A stretch of DNA of 63,626 nucleotides, the filler included, from Reticulomyxa filosa (taxonomy: Eukaryota; Protista; Foraminifera): the NCBI GenBank assembly GCA_000512085.1. It is 14 parts of 14 records of this genome, joined end to end, with 100 filler letters (N's around TTAATTAATTAA, not from the genome) between each part and the next. Parts side by side here need not be neighbours in the genome. Positions count along the whole stretch, not along the records: positions 37,253 to 44,924 come from ASPP01018659.1; positions 45,025 to 47,683 come from ASPP01002166.1; positions 47,784 to 62,198 come from ASPP01024856.1; 11 more parts are not named here. The stretch is one strand, 5' to 3'. Positions within the stretch are counted from its first letter, which is position 1. Each line of letters begins with the position of its first letter. Below the pieces are notes generated by a model. That model searched no databases. It saw only the letters and a program-made list of their open reading frames with translations, and was not told the origin of the DNA. Of this stretch, positions 39,496 to 52,237 are shown one piece after another. Made by a program: the position numbers and the translations under genes.

Positions 39496-41016
39496 TCAAG
39501 CCACTTGGCCCTTCAAACTTAACTCAGGGAATGCGTTGATCAATTCTGTTTAACAGATCAAAAAACAAACAAGGCATAAATGTAAAATGATATTCCAGGG
39601 AGGATAGCGCTGATTTATCGTTATTTAAGGATAATTGATTGAGAAAGAGAAAAACAGACGAAGTATGATCGAAATAAGACTCAAACTTTGTTTTTGTGTT
39701 TCATCGACGGTATCAGGGAAAATGACATCAAAAGTGATAAAGAGACTGCCAAAGTGTGACGGAGTATTATGTATTGGCATGCCCTCCTTTGGATACTTTC
39801 TTTCCATACCAAAATGGGTTATATCATTGTGTTTCATCTGAAAATAAGTGAATAAGTCATGAATAAAGCAAAATTAAAAGATGGAAAGCAATGCAAAAAA
39901 AAAAACAAACAAAACATTAATCCATCGTCCATCAAGATGTTCAATATTTAAATCAAATCCAAGTAAGGCTTGCGTTAAGGTAAGATCAACAGTGGTAAGC
40001 AAATCATTTTCCTTTCGCACGAAATGTGGATGAGTCTTTTGTTTCAATTTCGCAACGACATCTCCTGCCATGTATCCAGGCTTTTCTTCAGCCTTCCTTG
40101 CAAATCGAATCTCTTGACCATCTTGCATTCCCTTTTCAATCTCAACGTCGATCTGAGTCAACTGTGGATGTACCCCTTGTCCATGACAAACATTACACTC
40201 TTTCTTATATGTTTGTCCTTTCCCGTGGCACTTGGGACATATCGACTCACTTTGCATTCGAAATCCGGGCATTATTTGTTGTTCCACTTTTTTTTTTTAA
40301 GCAAATAAATGAATTGTTTTGCTCTCAAAAAAAAAAAAAAAAAATGAAAGTGAACCTAGAACTCTCCCGGAACCTTGACACTTTGGACATTTCTTGGTCT
40401 CTCCACCTTCGGCTCCAGTACCCCTGCAATGATTGCATATAACATTGCGTTTGAAGGAAATTTTTTTGCTGGCGCCATTATATAATTCACTTAATGTCAC
40501 CTCCATATCTACCATTGCGTCTGGCATTTTTTGGGCTTGATGTTGGTGATGTCCACCACCAAAAAAATTAAATAGGTCGTCAAATATACCACCTCCGCCA
40601 TTTCCGCCTGTGTTTTGTTTTGAGTTTGATACACCTTCCTTCCCGTACATGTCATACATATGGCGACTGTCCGGATCTTTTAACACGTCATATGCTTCTA
40701 CCAATCGTGTGTACTGTTTGTATTTGTTTTTTGTTTCAATGGCTCTCTTTCTTGAGAGATTACTTCTTTTGCAATCGCCTTCTCCTCTTCTCTCAAACTA
40801 GAAAGTACTGAAAAAATTTACTTCTTGCTGGGCATTGGGGGATTTATTGTGGTCGGGATGCTTTTCCAAAGACAAGCGCCGGAAAGCCTTCTTTATCTCT
40901 GCATCACTAGCAGTAAACTTAACACCTAAAAGATCATAGTATTCAGTGTCTGGAATACACAACAATCTTTCAAATAAAAACCAAAAAGATATTAAAAAAA
41001 CCCATTTCGTGCCCAT
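39496..41016 (-). CDS. Type I DnaJ/Hsp40 with signal peptide (ER-lumenal, Scj1/ERdj3-like)
   Basis: Hydrophobic N-terminus, J-domain HPD, four CxxCxGxG repeats, C-terminal [16 protein letters not shown]. Confidence 0.93.
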
Positions 41017-41826
41017 GGCAAGGTTTTTTTGGACTTTCGTGCAACGAATTCATGTAGAAAAAAAGATAGTTGTTTGAAGTAATTTAACCTTCTGACAAGT
41101 AAAAAGTTTATTTTTACAGCAAAAATAGCATAAATTACGTATTGTGACAAGAACATTATTTTATTCCTTAATAAACTATTTAAAATTTTTATTATCTTTA
41201 TTAAAATGTAAACAAAGCAGATTATATAACAGCAAATGATAGGAAACTCTATAACAACTTCAAGTCCAATTGTAGCAAATTAGTTTAGCTTATTTATTGG
41301 TTTGTTCTGCTTACGTTTCGATTAGAATATATGTTTTAAAAAATAGCATTTTAGTACGATTAACATTATGATATTAGAAAACTTAGACTATCCTTTTTTC
41401 TAAGATACTAATACATTAATTTTGATTGTACATTATACTATTTTCCTGGATGTGTATGCACTTTTAGACTGTAACAACGAACTATACTTGGAGCAATTTT
41501 ATTGCAATTTTTTTAACAATATTATTGTTGCAAGTTTGTACAGAGAATTTTGTCGGACATAAAGCGTGCGCAATATAGCTAAAGTATTTAAAATTGACAT
41601 GACTTTTTGTTTTTCGTTACACTTACAAAAACACTCAGTTCATCCACACAAACAAACCCGTCTATACATTGAACCTGTTAATAAACATCGTTGACTAACG
41701 CACACAATTTTTTTGTAGTCGAATTAAACATGGGAAAAAAATTTCGATTTAAAATGGCAAAAGATTTTGCTGATTTTTGCACATTGAGTAAATATTTGGC
41801 TAATGATTGCCTAAACAGGAATAATA

Positions 41827-42375
41827 TCAAGTCAGGAACAGCTTGTAAAGGGAGACAACAGCTTTATTCGAGCAATTGCTTAAAACTTCCCAGGCAGCAT
41901 TTAATGAGGTTTGAGTAAATAGGTCTTGTCTGCGACTGAGAATAGTTTGGGCGACAGTCAATTTATCTTGAAAATTCAAGTCACATGCCGAAATTTCACC
42001 ATCAAGATAACAGCGGGCATGGGATTGAAAAGCATATAACCAAATATCATCACATGAATAATCGACCCTCCCTGTAGCAATTGGTTTAATCACATGTGCC
42101 AATAGCGATGCTTGCAAACATTCCATCACCTGATCTACCCAGTTTTGCCCATGAGGGCTAAACTCTTTTTTTTTAAGTGCGAACAAATCACAATATGGCA
42201 CACCATATCGATGAGCGTATCCGTCTTCACCACAACTTTTCGTTTCCTCTAGACAATCCAAATACCAATTGCATCTTGTTGGGATTGTGTCACATTTGGT
42301 TATATTTTGGAATTTTGAATGTCCAAGTCCAAACATTTGAGTCAATATAACTATTACAGATAAAAATAAAGCCAT
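41827..42375 (-). CDS. Secreted stanniocalcin-like cysteine-rich protein, intronless
   Basis: Signal peptide; C.WY..CLE....CG..GY...YG..YC, GQNWV..V.ECLQ, SC..I...AF.SH..CY pattern. Confidence 0.75.
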   Translation of the reverse strand: MALFLSVIVILTQMFGLGHSKFQNITKCDTIPTRCNWYLDCLEETKSCGEDGYAHRYGVPYCDLFALKKKEFSPHGQNWVDQVMECLQASLLAHVIKPIATGRVDYSCDDIWLYAFQSHARCYLDGEISACDLNFQDKLTVAQTILSRRQDLFTQTSLNAAWEVLSNCSNKAVVSLYKLFLT

Positions 42376-43549
42376 TGCGTTTGGTAAAGGGGATTAATTT
42401 TTTAACAAAGGAAAACATTACGCCAAAGATAGGTATTTTTTTATTATATTGACAAACCCAAGTTTTCGTATTATATTTCATAACTTGCTTTGTCTCGATG
42501 AAGCATACTTATGCCACATGGAAATACGTACTAGAATATTGACAATTTTACAAGCTAATAGAATCTTCATCTTCTTTAAATTCATTATTTGATTTCCACA
42601 ACTGATTAGCATTGCCAAATTATGGTTAGAGACTTATTGCTACATCTCGCACATTTCTGGAATAATTTCACTTCTTATTGTTATAGTCGCAATTCAAATA
42701 GTAGTAATTGAGTGGTGACATTCACAGTATCATATGCCGATGAAAGAAAATTTATATAACATTTCATTACTGAAAAAATTGTTTTTTTGAAAGAGATATC
42801 AGTTAAAAAAACAAGATACTTAGACATCTTCAAAAATCATTGGATATCGTTACAAGAATTTTCGTAAGATTTTGTCCAAATATAGTAAAGACAATTACGT
42901 GAAGAAAGCAAAGAAAGAAAACAAGACGAAACCACATGAAAACTTTTTTCAACAGTAAAATTTTTATTATAGTTGAAATTTTGAGACATTGTAGCGTGAT
43001 TGCGACTTCTTCAATTTTTAAACCTTTTTGGCAACGCATTTGTTGCAATTTATTTCAAGGTGTTGTCGGTTCAGTATCTAGTGTTGCCTAACTGTGAGAT
43101 GTGGAAGTGATTGTTAAATTTAATGTATATATTTTAGATATGTTGCAGTAGGGGCGTATGAAGTGTTGAATTACTATATCGCTTCATTTTTTTTAGCAGA
43201 TAGAATGTCATTAGTTGAATTTAAACTTTGAAAATATAATCAAGCTTCAACTTTGTAGAAGTAATTTTATTAAATTTGTTTGGATGAAAAGAAAAAAATG
43301 TATCATTTGACTCACTATAAGAAGACTTCAAATTATCATTAAAGCTTTTTGTGATTATCACACTGTTGAATGACCTTGCATATAATATGTGGAGCTAAGA
43401 GGGAGTCAAAGGATTACTTTGGGATCACGATTATATTCTTCGAGACAAAAGCAGATGGTGAAATTAGATGTTTGAAATATAAATATTCATCAAATTACGA
43501 GAGAAATTTAACATCTTTCAATTTTATCACTAACAATTTAACAAAACAT

Positions 43550-44924
43550 TCTTTGGCATTTACTTTGGTTTCTGTCATGGGGGACGTCGAACACGAAGGG
43601 TTCAGCAACCACACTGATTGACAGATTGAGAAAAGACATACTAGGATGCGTTGGAGATGAACAAAAGGACATCAAGAAATCACTTAAAGAATTTACATAA
43701 CGAATTTTGGAGTGAAACAGGAAGAACAGGTATCTTATGTCGTCGAGACCTTCATTTAATTCAAAGGATACTTGGAATAAGAATATTTGGGATTATTTGT
43801 TGATCAGCAAATGACATTACTGCAATATCAAAGAAAATTGGTCATTTGACGTTTATGTGTTCTTACAAAGGTATTCGTCCAAGTATGTTTGTGTATAATT
43901 TATTATATATAACAAATATCATATATTCATACATTTGAAGTTGGCGTTTAGATAGAATGTTATAAGTTGAATTCACAGAAGAAAAAAAAAAGAAAATATT
44001 GCAAAACAAGTACTTGAATACATTAAAATTGTTACAAAGTAAACAACAAATTTAAAAATTGTTTGAATGAAGATCAAAATTGTATCATCTATCTCATTGT
44101 AAAAAGATTTCAATTTATTCTTCAAGCTTTTGTAATAATCACTCGGTTTATAATGATATAAAATTTTTTATAGTAGTGAAAATGAAATTAAGAACATTGG
44201 AGGATTATGGATTGTCAAAGTAATGTTATCCAATTCAAGTGATATCGTTAAGATATTGAAAGACAATGACATTCAGATTGGATATTTAATGATAAAGATA
44301 GAGTCATTTGATAAAAATAAATCCAGACCAAAATCACATTTCAAGCAATGCAGAAAATGCTACAGATTGAACCACATTGATCGTGAATATTTAAAGAAAC
44401 GCAAAGTATGCAAATATTGCGGATTGGCAAATCACGAAGCAGCTAAATGTTGAAACAAGAACGACCCAAGAAAACACAAATGTGTACTATGTCGTAAGCA
44501 ATATCCAAGTGATTCAGTGCAATGTGAAGTGATTAGCAAAGCAAGAGAAAAACTTGGTATTAAATTGACGAAGAAGGAAGATGCATTCATGAAGAAAAAA
44601 GAATATGAAAACATTAATATCAAATCAAATGTGCAGCAAGCAAAGAATTACTCTTATACTGATGCTGCTAAAAGTCAAAGATCAATTGATAATGAAAATA
44701 ATAATGGTCCTCGAAAATCAAAGAAAGGACAAATAGAAAGAAGAATAAAAGAAAGATCAAGAACGATCAAAAACAGAAAATAAAAAATCAGCTGATGAAA
44801 TGTTATCGCTAAAACGTGAATTAGCAGAGATGAAATTGGCATTCCAGCAATTGCAATCCTTATTGCAATCAATTAATCCGACATTGATGCAGATGGGGAT
44901 TGGTAATCGATCAAGAGATGAAAT
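43550..44924 (+). mobile_element. Decayed non-LTR retrotransposon ORF1 (gag-like, three zinc knuckles), truncated by spacer
   Basis: QCRKCYRLNH, CKYCGLANHEAAKC*, KCVLCRKQYPSDSVQC; SYTDAAK motif; stops and frameshifts. Confidence 0.7.
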
Positions 44925-45024
44925 NNNNNNNNNNNNNNNNNNNNNNNNNNNNNNNNNNNNNNNNNNNNTTAATTAATTAANNNNNNNNNNNNNNNNNNNN
45001 NNNNNNNNNNNNNNNNNNNNNNNN

Positions 45025-45223
45025 TGTCCTTATGTTGCGGGCAACACAATTCGACAGGGGAGTTGGCAACTTGTTTGCAAATCGAACAAATAAAGTATTC
45101 AAATTGTTCTGGTTGATTCAATTGCAATATCCAATTTTTGTCGAAACACTGTTGTTCAACAGAAACTGGAGTTACTCCAATATTTGTTCCTTTTGGAGTT
45201 TTCTCGTTATCTACTCCACTCAT
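45025..45223 (-). CDS. N-terminal RING/TRAF-like fragment of the expanded family
   Basis: CFDKNWILQLNQPEQFEYFICSICKQVANSPVELCCPQH. Confidence 0.65.
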
Positions 45224-45539
45224 CTTTTTCCCTTTTGTTTTCTTAGTTTTTGGTTTGAAAGTTCTTTAATACTTTTGATTGAGTTTTATTTCACACAGAG
45301 TTTTTTTTTGTGAATTTTTTTTTAAACAAACAAAAGGGGGGACAGGAGTTCGAACAATGGTCAGACATTTAGGAAAAAATCCACTTTGGTTGATGATAAG
45401 TTTTAAAAAATCCTTCAAAAGATTTGAACAAACAAATGAAAAAAGAATCTTCCATTGAAAATACACAAATGTAACTTATTTAACGCTAGATTGTTGCTGA
45501 ATTTATTATTGTCCGGCAATCAAATAAAAAAAATCAATA

Positions 45540-46260
45540 AAAATGACTGCATGCATAGTTTGGGAGAAGAGTTTTTACCAAGAATAAAAAGGGTTCTAGC
45601 GTATCCTTTTTCAAAAAAAAAAGGTACTCAATCAATGTCATCAAAAGCCATTATTTATCGAAAAAAAAAATCTGTATGAAGCGACAATCACTTCTTTAAC
45701 CATGAAAAGTCTGGTAAATGAATTGGATGAGATACTTAAAGCGAGCATAAAAAAAGACGGTCTAAAGTACGACGCGTGAGACTTTAGAATCACTGACAAC
45801 AATCACCAAGATGTTGTTAATGATAAAGAACGTGGCTATTTTTATGAAAAAAGTGATAACCTTGACTTAGCACTGCATTATTACGTGAAATCGTAATAAG
45901 TTTACCTTCACGAAGGTAGGCCGGCAGCTAACAGTGCGCAAATACACAATGGACGTTGCAGTGTTGTTTTATAAAAAAAAAAAGGACTGTACTATCATTT
46001 AGGAAATTGCTATTATGAAACAGACAAATATAAATTCGCAATCCGATGTTATGAATGTGCCATCTATATGTATCAAGATCAAGATCATGATGGTCTTGAA
46101 ACATCTGATGTCAGTTTCAGTTTGGTAAGAGCTTACCAAAAAATTTAAAAAGTACACTTTCGCAATTGAGTTTGCAGAACTTTCATTGAAACTAAAATTC
46201 AGGAATTTATTTACAAATGTAAGTCCGAAAAAGTATTTGACCTTTTGACAGTTTTACACC
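45540..46260 (+). pseudogene. Degenerate TPR-repeat gene
   Basis: NLDLALHYYVKS*, LGNCYYETDKYKFAIRCYECAI, SFSLVRAYQK with stops and frameshifts. Confidence 0.6.
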
Positions 46261-47021
46261 AGCAAGAGAATGTGTGTGTCTCACGTCGAATCCTATTATC
46301 AATATGCGCTGCTCTATTATTCCCGTTTTGACAACACTGAAAACTTTCTAACTAACGAGGGACTTCCCATTGTAGGCAATATATATTTCATTGGCTTTAT
46401 ACTAAAGTTAACTCGTTGTAAACTTGTGTTTGTTACTGCTAGAGATAAACTTGACCTTACGGTGTCACATGTTTTTATTTTTCATTTTCTTGAGAAAAAG
46501 AGGAAATCTCGCACTCAAATCACTGCAACGGATCAACAGCAATCTTTGATCAAAAAAAAAAAGGGCTTCCAAATCCAAAACAAATGCATGTTTGAAAACG
46601 TATACATTCTTCCAACTCCAACTTTTTTTTCTTTTGATTTTGTTTCTTTCTTATAATGCTTCAACCAAAGCCCAGCAAAGGCTCTTTGTCTTCTCCTCAG
46701 CTTTTTCTTTCGTTGTACTTTTCATTTGTATCGCCTTCACGGGTCTTTGTTTTATTCTCACTCGCCTTTTTTTTTTTCCTTGTAAAAAAAAAATTAAATA
46801 TTTAAAGAAGGTTCTACTTGAGTCTAAACAGTGTTTTTAAAAGTAACCACAATCAAAAGGAGGGGACAAAAATTTGGGAGTGAAGACGTTGATCCCTTTT
46901 TAAATTCTTGCTAGTCTCTTGCAATCTCCAATAATTTCGACAAATAATTTTAAATTTTCTTTATTATTATTTTTTTTTTTTTTGTCGCCTTCTTTTTCGG
47001 GCTAACTACAAGATAAGATAA

Positions 47022-47648
47022 ATGAAGACTTCATCTCCATTTCAAAGCGTGTTCTCCTTGCCAGAGAACTTTTCTCAAGCTCAGTGCATTGCGCTGAGAC
47101 AAGAGTTGTTAATATTCGGAGGCTACAACCAAAAAAGGTGTTACTCTTATCACACTCCGGGCAACCAGTACAGACGGTTGGACGACTTGCCAGACGACTA
47201 CGTGTCGTATGGTTATTGTGTGGTGAGGCTTCCCAAGACGAGAGGCGAAAAGGAGCCGACATTGTGGATGTTTGGTGGACACAAAGGGTATGTAAAAGTG
47301 ATGAAATATGCAAGCGTGTGGAAGAAGAATAGAAACGGAGTGAGTTCAATATCCAGAGCCAGTAATGAATGGTTGCCATTGAAGCATCCCAACACCACAG
47401 ACCCAGTTCGTATCTTCCGAAAGCAAAGCAGTCGCGGCATGCGCGCAGTAATTGGGGGACGTAATGGCAATTTGTTGTTTATTACGTGTGACAAGTCGAT
47501 TGACGTATTCGATATGGACGAATACAAATATATAGCTACATCATGCTCGGCATTGCCAGTCACGGATATATTATATTACCATTGCTTTGTGTTGAAAACA
47601 ATGAAGCCTTCAACAGCAGCCAGGAATAATCGTATACACAAAAATAAA

Positions 47649-47683
<35 letters not shown>
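47022..47683 (+). CDS. Kelch-like beta-propeller protein, 5' fragment
   Basis: QELLIFGGYNQKRCYSYHT, TLWMFGG, RAVIGGRNGNLLFIT. Confidence 0.7.
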
Positions 47684-47783
47684 NNNNNNNNNNNNNNNNN
47701 NNNNNNNNNNNNNNNNNNNNNNNNNNNTTAATTAATTAANNNNNNNNNNNNNNNNNNNNNNNNNNNNNNNNNNNNNNNNNNNN

Positions 47784-48190
47784 TTGACAATCATCAAATG
47801 TTGAATAATCAATACTCCATACATAACCAGCATGTCCAGTGAATGTATTTGTTAATGTGTATGATGAACGAAATATCTCAAACATGAAGACAGTAGATGC
47901 CTGTATTAAATAAACATTTGAATATTTTGATTGATATTTAAAAAAAAAAAGATAAAACAAATGAACTAACATAATTGACAACAAGTTTGTCAAATTCATG
48001 AATCCATCCAAATTTGATTTGTAGTGTACGAATCCAATGTTGTATAATTATTTGAATCCTTTCTTCTTCAGTCTGTTTTAATCACAAATGATATACAAAA
48101 ATAAAAGAATAAAAAAGATAATGGACTTGTAATAGAGCTTACTAATTCTAGTTGTGTTGAAATTCGCTTCTCATTGCTAAGAGTTGTCAT
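47784..48190 (-). CDS. WD40 family protein, 5' fragment (same family as 18661-19480)
   Basis: IQIIIQHWIRT, FDKLVVNY, FTGHAGYVWSIDYSTFDDCQ; same intron positions as the other copy. Confidence 0.75.
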
Positions 48191-51100
48191 TTTGTTTTTG
48201 TTTTTTTTTGCTTAAGATCGTTTTTGCTGATGTAAAATGGAAGATATTGAACTTTTTTTCCTCTCAAGGGCAATGAAAGGGGCAACGTGGAAAATAGATT
48301 TTAATGACACATGTGATTTTTTTTTTCAATGAAGACAAGAAATTTAAAAGAAATTTGTCTATGCACGTATAGCATAGCTTTTTTTTTCAAAGTTTTTCAA
48401 CAAATTCTTTGAAAACATTTGTTCAACTTTTTTTTATAGTTCTAAAGAATGTTTGAAAAAGTGTTATTTAACACAGCTTTTATAAACTTTAAATATGTTT
48501 GTTTTTAAATTGATTATTGCTTTACTGAGCTTGAAGAGCAAATATTTGAATATCCAACTTTGATAAATTCCATAAATGATATGTCTTTATGAATTGACTT
48601 GAAATAGTTGAATACATTTATATACTCCTTTTTCAAATTACTTTATCGTAAAAGATATTTGAAAGAAAAAAAAGAGAATGATAAATCAACATGTAATAAA
48701 ATACAACTTGATTGCATTAGATTTCCAAATAGTTTAACAATTAAATACATATCCAATGAAATATAGCATAATTTTAAAAATCAATAACAAACAAGAAATA
48801 TGTGAGTATGCATGATAATAAAATTATGTTATTTTTTCAGAGTCTATTGCAAATTGAAAATGCTCTTTTAAAAATCTTTGTGCAAAAATGGGATTGTCCA
48901 TATTCTTTTGAATCAAAAATAGTTTTTTTTAAAAAAATTGAAACTTTTGAATTGATCTTGTTTTGGATAACATTAGACAAATTATAGTGTCTAATAATTG
49001 AATTCTTTGTAAACAAATAACTATTTTTGTTGTATAATTTTTTCCATAATCAAATTGTTTATCACTAAATTTAAATCATCGGATGATAAATGAATGTAAT
49101 TAATTATTCCATTATGTCCTTCTAGTACTTAAGAAAACAAATGCAAGATCGATTGGAATTTTATAGATAATCCGTTAGGAAACACTGTTGAAGAAACAAT
49201 CAAAAATAGTCTATAAATATAATTTAACGTAAAGTTAATCACTTCTACAATCTTTTTGTAATTAAATAAACCAACATTTTTCACGTCATTATAGCAAAAA
49301 TCGAAGTATTCGTTCACCTTATTTTGTTTGATATAGGGGTAGCCCCTTTGCATAATGGCAGATATGAAGTGTACTAGAAATCTTGAAACCCCTTCACAAA
49401 GAACAAAGGATATCAACGTGTTGGAAGTTAATGATTTTGGACACGAAGGAATCTTTTGAAGTTAGTTCTTCAACATATGTCCGACAGTGACGAACGTCAG
49501 ATAAGTGAAGCATAGTACAGAAATAGTACTTTAATTTCTTACACCCGCGTCGACTGCGTATTGCGTGTGGTCAGGAAATAAATCATTGTGTTATCAGCAT
49601 GGATTGTTAGTGACAACAACACTAAACTCGAAGCTAGTACCAAATCCATCAGCAAATCGTTAAAAAAGTTTATACGTTAATTTGAAGTTTGTTTTTTTTT
49701 TTTTTAAAGATGTTATTGCATTTTTATACGTTTACACATTCATGTACGTTATAGACATCAATTGTCAAGTGATTGCTCATTAGAACAGCACAGGACAAGA
49801 TTTCAAAGCACTTGTCTTCAAAATCACCGTCGAATGATAGCGGTGGAGAACTGATTGGACTCAAATATGTAATTAAAGAAATCCATTAAAAATATATGAT
49901 TGGAACCGAATGAACAAATAAATACTGGAGTCACATTGGATTGTATTGTAATAAGTATGAAAGGATTGTCAAAAAAAGAGGTAATGCATAATACTTTTTA
50001 ATTATATTGACGTGGACTTCAATTGATGAAAAGATCTTGAATCTTGAAAAATAGGATAGATGCCGAACCAAAGCGATATTTGGAGCCAACACAACTGATA
50101 TTTATGCTTTGGCAAATGTAAATACGAACGCGAAGCCCCTTTTTTTGATCTATGTTCATTATCAAAGTATTACCAAGTATTTAAATTGATTCCGAATGAT
50201 AATAGAAGGGCTGTGACAGAGTCTGAAATGGTTGAATTAATTATCACTCAAGATAATAATGAAAATAAAGTTTCTCTCATTGTCCTTTTTTTACAGTATC
50301 TAAATAAAACTTTTCTCTTGGACGTTTATAAGTCTACGCAAAAAATTTTTCGTTAATTGTTTCATGTATTTTTTTCTTTGCTACTTCATATTTTTTGATC
50401 AAAACAAATTTCTTGTGTCACCACCTTTTTCTTTTTGGTTAAAGGAATGCACGAATAGTGAACAAAATTTTAAAAAAGCAGAAGAAAAAAACCGATTTAT
50501 TTTCTGTAATTTTTGTTTGATAAGCCTTTTTTTTTTTTTTTTTGTCAAAGTGATAAATGTGTTTTGATCGCTCATTTACGGTCTCCTTTAATGTTATAAC
50601 TTTTTACAGACCGGTCTGTTACCAAAAAAAACTCAGTTCAAGCAACAAAAAGATTAGATTAGGTTTTTCTTGTTTTCTTAAAATCTTTTACAATTTTGTT
50701 ATGGATTTTTTTTCTTCACTCTATTTAAGAAATGAAAAAAATATGGACAACAAAGTTTGGACTTTTATTTTTGATATTATTAGTCCAACAACTGGCACGA
50801 ATCCTTACCAAAAAAACACATGGGAAAAGATTTTGTAGCTTTCACACTATCTTGTCCAGTCTGCATTTTTGCCGTGTTAGTTCAACAAATTCACTCTTTG
50901 TGTATGGTGTGTCAAAGAGATAGGTTGACGGCGTGGAGATATAAAAAAAGCGAGATGAAGAAAGATATTCCATTGAATTTCATTCGCTATTGTCACTATT
51001 TTATTCTGCTCTCTGTTAATATATAATCACAACAATTGTATGCTCATTCCCACTCTATAGTTTGTTACAATATTAAAAAAAATAAGTACGAATTTGAATA

Positions 51101-51911
51101 CATGAGCAGATTCTACATCAAAAGTATTTACATATTCCAAAACATTACTATATTCATATATTTTCCATGGGTTCTTTTGCTCCCATATTTGAGTCCAATC
51201 AGTTATCTTTGTGTTTCTTGATGTTTTTGGCTCTTTTTTTATGTGTGTATATTGCTCTTTTTGGCTACCGGCGAGTTTTGTTGAGGCATTCTCAACATTT
51301 TTTTCTTCTTTTCTTTTATTTTCCATATTTTTTCAACGTTGTTGTACTGTTGTTGTCGACAGTGAACTTAAAGCGTAAAAGGGGGATATACTTTGAAGCT
51401 GAAGGTAAATGAATGTATTTGATTCGGAGAATCGAATAAATTAAAATGATCTTAAGAAAAATCAACAAAAACAAAAAATTATTTGTCATCAAATCAATTG
51501 TGTTGTTGGAAGAAATTGTTGATTAGAAAAATGTGATGATGCATGAATTCACCACAAATACGATAAGAAATTGTTCAAATTCTCTAATTTTTTTGTGATA
51601 TCGTGCATTGTTTTTGTACTATCTAGATCGAAGAATGCGCAATTATTTCAGAATTTTTTGACTGTTTAAAATTTTTTTAAAAGCTAGTTATTCTCGTTGC
51701 GACTGCATACAACGAAAGCTATTCCATTGTCAATGATCATTCAACAACAACTGTAAATGTTCTTTCACAGTCTTCACAACTTCATTGAGCTCCTTTTTTT
51801 TGCATAATCACATTGTCTGTTTTTTAAATGTAAATTTCATTAGTTTATTTCGACACTTGCATTGTTTGCAGATTTGCCGCAGTTAGTAAGAAGTTTTTCG
51901 TGCATGATGTC

Positions 51912-52237
51912 TTGATTTCATTTTGCTCTCCTTATGCATGATCACAATCATATTTTGTCACTTGCCAATGAAAGGACACAAGTTGTTTGCAGGACACTTA
52001 GGAACACAACAAGACATTATATTTTCTAGTTTTTTTTAGGTACAATCTCTCTGTTTCCCAACCAATTTTGAAGAAATTAATTATAAATTTTCTGTTTTTT
52101 TCATTTCAACAAAAATTTTCAAAATTTTTACATTATTTAAAAAAGCATTAAATAAGATCAAAAACAAATTATTCTTAAAAGTAAATTTAAAACTGACTGC
52201 ACCTTCAAGCTCCCGGTTCACTGCTGACTTTTTCAAC
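51912..52237 (+). repeat. Outer inverted-repeat arm (left), ~325 bp
   Basis: Collinear with the reverse complement of 60023-60356, e.g. TTGATTTCATT, ATGATCACAATCA, TATATTTTCTAGTTTTTTTT, GAAATTAATTATAAATTTTCT, CCTTCAAG. Confidence 0.9.

Noticed and set aside
389-47683. (AAT)n tracts at ~389-430, ~8305-8385, ~47649-47683, and poly-K/F/Y ORFs in the track
   Set aside because: Ordinary poly-Asn microsatellites and intron read-through or antisense ORFs
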